From Gemmatimonadales bacterium (GTDB taxonomy: Bacteria > Gemmatimonadota > Gemmatimonadetes > Gemmatimonadales > GWC2-71-9), in assembly GCA_035464955.1 (NCBI GenBank), contig DATHRW010000428.1:1-33651 (forward strand): a stretch of DNA of 33,651 bases, in the 5' to 3' direction. Every line of letters starts with the position of its first letter. Position 1 is the first letter of the stretch. Both the position numbers and the translations under genes were made by a program. This document shows, in pieces, positions 28,453 to 33,651 of the stretch. Below the pieces are notes generated by a model. That model had not been told where the DNA came from. It did no database searches and saw nothing but the letters and a program-made list of their open reading frames with translations.

Positions 28453-29933
28453 GCGGCGCCATGATCGTGCTCGGGCTCGTGTTAATCGCCCTGGGTGGAT
28501 GGCGCCAGGGACTGCCGAATCTCGTGGTGGCCGCCGGAGGGTTCTTCGTCGCGTGGGGGCTCCACCGACGGATTGTGAAACGATCGGCGAGCTTGGCGAG
28601 GCCGGTTCCGCATTTTCTGCCCGATCCCACTCTCAGTTGGCTTCGGCGCGCGCACAACGCGATCGGCGTCTGGGCACTGCCCAAGGGAAGGAAGAACAAG
28701 GCCGTCACCTACTTTCAAAGTGTCGACCCGGCAGCCGGCCTGAGTCCGGACGTGACCGAGCTACTCCGCGTGCGCCTGAGAACGGCGCCGCGCGAGGCTG
28801 TCAGCACTGTCGAACGGCTGGATGCCGGGACGCTGGTGTCGGAATCGAACGATAGACTCACGACGGCCTTGCTCCTGCGACCCCGCCCGACGCCCGGCGC
28901 GCTGGAGCAGGCGCGCGAAGACCTCCGGCATCTGCTCGAGAGCCTCGGTCGACGGTCGGTCATTCGAGCGCTCGAGGAGGCGAATGTCGCACCGGTGGAG
29001 AGCGTGCGAAGCATGGCGCTGCGACTGGCCCACCAGATCGAACGCCAAGCGGGTGTGCGCGTCGCGGTCGCGTTAACCGAACCTGCAGGCGTTCGGGTGG
29101 TCGCGGTGTCGCCCAGCGCCGATCAGCGGCTGGTCGGCCACCTGGTGCCGCCTGACAGCCCAGTGGCCGGCGTTGCGCGAGGCGAACGGGAAGCCGTTGC
29201 GGCCAAGGGGAACGTATTCGGGGTGGAGGAGAAGGGCGGGGGGCAGGACCGGCGGCGAGGGCATGAGGGTCGGGTAGCCATTCAAGGCATTCGCACCGCA
29301 GACGCCTGCCTGGGGGCGGTGGCCTACTGGCGGCCGCGTGGAGGGACGGTTCATCTGTCGGCCACGGCCGAGATCAGTGAGTGCATCCGCCGCGCCGCGC
29401 CACGCATCAAGGCGTCGCACGAACACGAGGCCCTGGGGCTCCAGGCGACGCTCGATCCGCTTACCAGACTCAGGAACCGGCGCGGGTTCGAAGCCGTAAC
29501 CCGGCGAATCGGGGAGGCGGAAGGAGCCTTGATCTACGCCGACCTGGACGAATTCAATCAGCTCAAGGATACCCTGGGTCGAGAGGCAGTCGACGCGGCC
29601 CTGGTGCACTTCACCGAGATTCTCCGTCAGGAGATTCGGCTGGGCGACATCCCCGGCCGAATCGGCGACGAGGAGTTTGCCTTGTGGCTGCCTGACGCAT
29701 CGCTGGCGGACGCCATGCATGTGGCCACGCGCATCCGCCGGACGCTGACGAGCACGCCCTGGGCCTGGAATGGCCGGTCGTGGCCACTGAGCGCGTCGTT
29801 CGGCGTCGCCGCGTGCCCCGAGACCACGAAAAAGCGAGACGATCTGCCGATCCAGGCCAAGGCCGCGGTATCTCGCGCGAAGGCCTCGGATCGCGATCGG
29901 GTGGAGGCCGCGCCTGCCGTGAAGGGCCGGTGA
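28449..29933 (+). CDS. Membrane-anchored signalling protein with a GAF-like middle region and a degenerate GGDEF domain
   Basis: 494 aa with an ATGA overlap with larB. It has two N-terminal hydrophobic helices. The C-terminal domain reads DPLTRLRNRRGF...YADLDEFNQLKDTLGREAVDAAL...RLGDIPGRIGDEEF, so the GG(D/E)EF site reads GDEEF. Confidence 0.75.
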   Translation: MSGAMIVLGLVLIALGGWRQGLPNLVVAAGGFFVAWGLHRRIVKRSASLARPVPHFLPDPTLSWLRRAHNAIGVWALPKGRKNKAVTYFQSVDPAAGLSPDVTELLRVRLRTAPREAVSTVERLDAGTLVSESNDRLTTALLLRPRPTPGALEQAREDLRHLLESLGRRSVIRALEEANVAPVESVRSMALRLAHQIERQAGVRVAVALTEPAGVRVVAVSPSADQRLVGHLVPPDSPVAGVARGEREAVAAKGNVFGVEEKGGGQDRRRGHEGRVAIQGIRTADACLGAVAYWRPRGGTVHLSATAEISECIRRAAPRIKASHEHEALGLQATLDPLTRLRNRRGFEAVTRRIGEAEGALIYADLDEFNQLKDTLGREAVDAALVHFTEILRQEIRLGDIPGRIGDEEFALWLPDASLADAMHVATRIRRTLTSTPWAWNGRSWPLSASFGVAACPETTKKRDDLPIQAKAAVSRAKASDRDRVEAAPAVKGR

Positions 29934-29960
29934 TGTGGGTTGTCGCTGGCGGCGCAATCC

Positions 29961-29989
29961 TTGCACCTGCTCCGTAGGCCGTGTACGAT
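29961..29989 (+). promoter_or_regulatory. Candidate sigma70-type promoter for ssrA
   Basis: TTGCAC (29961-29966), a 17-nt spacer, then TACGAT (29984-29989). It ends 10 nt upstream of the predicted mature tmRNA 5' end. This rests on pattern match only. Confidence 0.4.
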
Positions 29990-29999
29990 TCAGGTGCCC

Positions 30000-30363
30000 G
30001 GGGGCGATTGGCTTCGACGGGTATGAAGAGGAGGTCGCTGCGTGTCCAGGTCCAGGTTCCTGGTAAAACCGCTTGGAATTTTTCTAATTGCCAACTCTGA
30101 ACTGGCACTGGCTGCCTAAGCTGAGCTAACGCTCGCTTAGCGCACCTCCGATGACGGAAGCCCGCCCGGGGCGCCCCCATCGGATCGCAAATCTGGGCTG
30201 GCTGGTCGTGGTCCTTCGACGCGCTCGGCGAGATTCTTCGAAGGTGGTTCCCCAACGGGTCGGCTCTTCACCGGTTGAGGAATGAAGCGGAAAGATGAGC
30301 CTACACACGTAGATGTGGCTTCGGAAACATATTCGGACCAGGGTTCGATTCCCTGCGCCTCCA
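30000..30363 (+). ncRNA. ssrA: tmRNA (SsrA), one-piece form
   Basis: The 5' end is GGGGGCGATTGGCTTCGACGGG. The 3' end has a tRNA-like T-arm GGTTCGATTCCC, and the acceptor strand CGCCTCC+A pairs with the 5' GGGGGCG. It contains an internal tag ORF. The terminal CCA is not encoded, because A30363 is followed by TGA. Confidence 0.93.
30090..30119 (+). other. tmRNA proteolysis-tag reading frame (ANSELALAA, then TAA)
   Basis: GCC AAC TCT GAA CTG GCA CTG GCT GCC TAA is preceded by the U/A-rich TTTTCTAATT. The stop lies within a CTAAGC...GCTTAG helix. The LALAA-type C-terminus is characteristic of SsrA tags. Confidence 0.8.
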
Positions 30364-30373
30364 TGAACCACGC

Positions 30374-30396
30374 GGGACGGCCGGTACGGCCGTCCC
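30374..30396. terminator. Hairpin between ssrA 3' end and convergent purE stop (likely bidirectional terminator)
   Basis: GGGACGGCCG (30374-30383) is the reverse complement of CGGCCGTCCC (30387-30396), with a 3-nt loop. It is followed by GTGTGTGCGTTGT. Confidence 0.55.
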
Positions 30397-30434
30397 GTGT
30401 GTGCGTTGTCCTCCCGGGTCCCGCGCAGACCCTG

Positions 30435-30929
30435 CTATCCCGACTCCGGAAGCACGATCGCGGCCACCTTCTCCGCCTGGCGGCGTCGGAAATCCGCGAG
30501 GCGACCCCGCAGGTCCGTGTTTGCCGCCGCCAAAATCGCCACGGCGAAGAGCCCGGCATTCTTGGCGCCCGCATCTCCGATCGCGAAAGTCGCGACGGGG
30601 ATTCCGCCGGGCATCTGGACCGTGGACAAAAGCGAGTCCAGTCCTTGGAGATGCTGGCTGGGCATCGGAACGCCGAGGACCGGCAGGGTGGTGTTGGCGG
30701 CCAACACGCCGGCCAAGTGTGCAGCCCCACCGGCACCGGCGATGATGCACCGAAGCCCCCGGCCCTCCGCGTCCCGCGCGTAGGCCGTCGCAAGATCCGG
30801 AGTGCGGTGGGCGGACAGCACCCTGGCCTCGTTGGGCACGCCGAAATCACGCAGGACATCGACCGCTCGGCGCATCACCGGCCAGTCCGAGTCACTTCCC
30901 ATGATGATCCCAACCAACGGCTGTTCCAT
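30435..30929 (-). CDS. purE: N5-carboxyaminoimidazole ribonucleotide mutase
   Basis: 164 aa. It has the [14 protein letters not shown] and SAHRTPD motifs and [19 protein letters not shown]. Confidence 0.93.
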   Translation of the reverse strand: MEQPLVGIIMGSDSDWPVMRRAVDVLRDFGVPNEARVLSAHRTPDLATAYARDAEGRGLRCIIAGAGGAAHLAGVLAANTTLPVLGVPMPSQHLQGLDSLLSTVQMPGGIPVATFAIGDAGAKNAGLFAVAILAAANTDLRGRLADFRRRQAEKVAAIVLPESG

Positions 30930-30944
30930 GTTTGTTTCGATCCC

Positions 30945-33611
30945 CTATAGCGTTGCCTTGGTACGATCCATGGTGCCACGAGCTGCCAACACTGCTTGCG
31001 CGGCCGCGAGGCGCGCAATCGGCACACGGAACGGAGAACACGAGACGTAGTTCAGCCCCAAATGGTCGCAGAACGCCACCGAAGACGGCTCTCCGCCGTG
31101 CTCACCGCAAATGCCGATCTTGAGATCCGGGCGAGCTTTCCGTCCTAATTCGACGCCGATCTGAACCAGCCGGCCGACACCCTCACGATCGAGCACCTGA
31201 AACGGATCGGCATCCAGCACTTGGTGTTCCAAGTAGTAGGGGAGGAACCGCCCGGCATCGTCGCGGGAGAGCCCCCATGTCGTTTGGGTCAGGTCGTTGG
31301 TCCCAAACGAAAAGAACTCGCTCTCGAGCGCGATGGCGTCGGCCGTCAGGGCGGCGCGTGGTAGCTCGATCATGGTGCCGAGGAGGTACGGGACCGTGAT
31401 GTTGCGTTCCTGAAAGACAGCGGCGGCGGTTTCTCGAACGATGTGCGCCTGCACCTTGAACTCGGCGACGGACGCGGTCAGCGGGATCATGATTTCCGGC
31501 GCCACCTGGCCCCGGCGCGACGCCACGGTGCACGCGGCCTCGAAGATCGCGCGGACCTGCATGGCGGGAATCTCCGGGTAGATGATACCCAGCCGGCACC
31601 CGCGAAGCCCAAGCATGGGATTCACTTCGCTCAACCCCTCGACGATCCGGGTCATCTCCTCGGTGGTGCGGTCCAGCTCGCTGGCCAGCTTTGCGATCTC
31701 CTCGGGTTCCTTCGGGAGGAACTCGTGCAGTGGCGGATCGAGCAGTCGAATAGTGACGGGGTAGCCTTCCATTGCGCGGAAGATGCCTTCGAAGTCGGCT
31801 CGCTGCATCGGCAACAGCTTGCCCAGCGCTTTCTGACGACCCTCGGAATCCTGGGCGACGATCATTTCCCGCATGGCCTGCAACCGGGTGCCCTCGAAGA
31901 ACATGTGCTCGGTACGGCACAAGCCGATGCCCTCGGCCCCGAATTCCCGGCCACGGTGGGCGTCGGCCGGGGTGTCCGCGTTGACCCGGACCTTCAAGTT
32001 GCGAAGCTTGTCCGCCCAGGTCATGAGGCGGCGGAAGTTATCGCTCAGCTCGGGAGCGATCAGGGCGGCCTTGCCGGCGTGCACCTGCCCCCGTGTCCCA
32101 TCGATGGTGATCCACTCGCCCTCGCGAATCGACCGGCCGTCGACAGAGAAAAGACGAGCCTCCTCATCCACCATGAGCTTTTGCGCGCCGGCGACACACG
32201 GCTTCCCCATGCCGCGGGCCACCACGGCCGCGTGGGACGTCATGCCGCCTCGGGCGGTGAGAATGGCCTTGGCCACGACCATCCCGTGGAAATCCTCGGG
32301 ACTGGTCTCGCGACGCACGAGAATCACGGGTTGTCCGGTGCGCCCGATGCGCTCCGCCTCATCGGCCTCGAATACCACAGCACCGCTCGCGGCCCCGGGA
32401 GACGCCGGCAAACCGGTGGTCAAGAGATCGAGCTCCGCCGACGGATCGATGGTCGGGTGGAGCAGCTGATCGAGATCGTTGGGCGGCACGCGTGCCACCG
32501 CTTCCTCTTCACTCACCACTCCCTCGTCCACCATTTCGCACGCAATGCGGACGGCGGCATGCCCGGTGCGTTGCGCCCGCCTGGTTTGGAGCATGTACAG
32601 CTTGCCGCGCTCGATGGTGAACTCCATGTCCTGGACATCGCGGAAGTGCCGCTCCAATCGCTGGGCCATTTGCGCCAACTCGGCGTAGGCAGCAGGCATG
32701 ACCCGCTCCAGGTCGGCGATGGGCTGCGGGTCGCGGGTACCGGACACGACGTCCTCGCCTTGGGCATTGATGAGGAACTCCCCGTACAGCGCGCGCTCAC
32801 CGGTCGACGGATTGCGGGTGAACGCGACGCCGGTGCCGGAGTCCTCACCCAGGTTTCCGAACACCATCGCCATGACGTTGACCGCGGTGCCGAGGGAATC
32901 CGGGATGTCGTGCAACCGCCGGTAATCGATGGCGCGCTTGGTGTTCCAGCTCTCGAACACGGCGGCGATAGCGCCCCAGAGTTGGTCGATCGGGTCGTCG
33001 GGGAACTCGCGCCCGGTTTCCTGTTGAACCACATGCTTGTACTTCGTGACCAGGGACCGCAGATCGTCCACGGGCAGGTCGATGTCGCGCTCGACCGCAT
33101 GTGCCTGTTTCCGCTCGGCGAGAATGGACTCGAAGCGTTCCTTGGGAACGCCGTAGACCACGGCGCCGTACATCTGAACGAAACGCCGGTAGCTGTCCCA
33201 GGCGAACTGCGCGTTGTTCGCCTCACGCTCCAACGCCGCCACCGTGTCGTTGTTGAGTCCGAGATTGAGAATGGTCTCCATCATGCCGGGCATCGACAGC
33301 GCCGCGCCCGACCGGACCGACACCAGGAGCGGGGCGGTGGTTCCGCCGAACTGGCGGCGGGTCGCGGCCTCGAGCCGGTTGAGGCTGGCCTCGACCTCGG
33401 TCCGGAGTCGGCCCGGGAAGGCGCCCGTTTGCAGGTATGTCTGACAGAGCGTGCTCGCGATGGTGAATCCCGGAGGGACTCGGACTCCGATGCTGGTCAT
33501 TTCGGCGAGCGCCGCGCCCTTGCCGCCCAGGGTGTCCTTCATGGCCGCCGAGCCGTCGGCCCGGCCTGATCCGAAGAAGTAGACCAACGGGTGCGTCGTG
33601 GAGTGACTCAT
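30945..33611 (-). CDS. ppdK: Pyruvate, phosphate dikinase
   Basis: 888 aa. It has the N-terminal ATP-grasp (LGGKGAALAEM), the phospho-histidine swivel motif GGMTSHAAVVARGMG, and a C-terminal PEP-utilising TIM barrel (GLCRTEHMF, FFSFGTNDLTQ, YVSCSPFRVP). Confidence 0.95.
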   Translation of the reverse strand: MSHSTTHPLVYFFGSGRADGSAAMKDTLGGKGAALAEMTSIGVRVPPGFTIASTLCQTYLQTGAFPGRLRTEVEASLNRLEAATRRQFGGTTAPLLVSVRSGAALSMPGMMETILNLGLNNDTVAALEREANNAQFAWDSYRRFVQMYGAVVYGVPKERFESILAERKQAHAVERDIDLPVDDLRSLVTKYKHVVQQETGREFPDDPIDQLWGAIAAVFESWNTKRAIDYRRLHDIPDSLGTAVNVMAMVFGNLGEDSGTGVAFTRNPSTGERALYGEFLINAQGEDVVSGTRDPQPIADLERVMPAAYAELAQMAQRLERHFRDVQDMEFTIERGKLYMLQTRRAQRTGHAAVRIACEMVDEGVVSEEEAVARVPPNDLDQLLHPTIDPSAELDLLTTGLPASPGAASGAVVFEADEAERIGRTGQPVILVRRETSPEDFHGMVVAKAILTARGGMTSHAAVVARGMGKPCVAGAQKLMVDEEARLFSVDGRSIREGEWITIDGTRGQVHAGKAALIAPELSDNFRRLMTWADKLRNLKVRVNADTPADAHRGREFGAEGIGLCRTEHMFFEGTRLQAMREMIVAQDSEGRQKALGKLLPMQRADFEGIFRAMEGYPVTIRLLDPPLHEFLPKEPEEIAKLASELDRTTEEMTRIVEGLSEVNPMLGLRGCRLGIIYPEIPAMQVRAIFEAACTVASRRGQVAPEIMIPLTASVAEFKVQAHIVRETAAAVFQERNITVPYLLGTMIELPRAALTADAIALESEFFSFGTNDLTQTTWGLSRDDAGRFLPYYLEHQVLDADPFQVLDREGVGRLVQIGVELGRKARPDLKIGICGEHGGEPSSVAFCDHLGLNYVSCSPFRVPIARLAAAQAVLAARGTMDRTKATL

Positions 33612-33651
33612 GCGTGTGATGGAATGAGAGGTGGCGCCTGGCGGAGCCGGA

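Noticed and set aside
30364-30434. A possible genomic island or prophage integrated at the ssrA 3' end.
   Set aside because: Only 71 nt separate ssrA from the convergent purE stop. There is no integrase, and I saw no duplicated ssrA 3' segment anywhere downstream in the window.
29611-30950. ORFs 29611-30255(-), 30137-30859(-), 30126-30371(-) and 30282-30950(+), which span the tmRNA gene and purE.
   Set aside because: They overlap a clearly identified tmRNA and the purE CDS. Their sequences are Arg/Pro-rich junk, and no independent start or RBS context supports them.
31443-33569. A 708-aa ORF on the + strand antisense to ppdK. Similar long antisense or overlapping ORFs include 6922-8541(-) over pnp, 20423-21601(-) over proS, 11381-12544(-) over mreB, 23396-24778(-) over guaA, 76-1032(-) over tsf/pyrH, 8354-9331(-) and 26717-27703(-).
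   Set aside because: Each fully overlaps a gene with unmistakable conserved motifs. Their translations are Arg/Gly/His/Pro-rich low-complexity strings with no recognisable motifs. Stop-free antisense frames are expected when the sense gene has G/C-rich third positions.
1-33651. A scan for CRISPR arrays, tandem or direct repeats, IS termini, tRNA or rRNA genes and toxin-antitoxin-sized gene pairs.
   Set aside because: I saw no periodic repeat-spacer pattern, no transposase- or integrase-like translation and no tRNA-like T-arm other than the one in tmRNA. Intergenic gaps are all 163 nt or shorter, which leaves no room for unannotated cassettes.

Overview
This is a GC-rich bacterial chromosomal window made up almost entirely of conserved housekeeping operons, with most coding sequence on the + strand. 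In order, the blocks are:
- tsf(partial)-pyrH-frr-uppS-cdsA-dxr-rseP, joined by 1- or 4-nt overlaps
- rpsO-pnp-M16 peptidase, then ald-dut
- the cell-shape cluster mreB-mreC-mreD-mrdA-rodA
- accD-folC, then hisS, proS-lysA and guaA

The last ~9 kb is less canonical. It holds a metzincin-like lipoprotein and an orphan ptsN-like EIIA on the - strand. These are followed by a translationally coupled dusB-larB-(TM/GAF-like/degenerate GGDEF) trio, a one-piece tmRNA (tag ANSELALAA), and ppdK-purE on the - strand.

I found no rRNA, tRNA, CRISPR array, IS element, integrase, toxin-antitoxin pair or recognisable defence island. The many long ORFs antisense to or overlapping these genes look like shadow ORFs typical of high-GC3 genomes.

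I do not see convincing evidence for a novel multi-gene system. The most unusual items are:
- the orphan LarB coupled to a degenerate GGDEF protein that keeps an I-site
- an mreC reading frame that runs ~300 nt into mreD
- a long G-rich imperfect palindrome between guaA and the protease gene
- the variant metzincin lipoprotein

All functional calls come from motif recognition by eye in the supplied translations. No database search was run.
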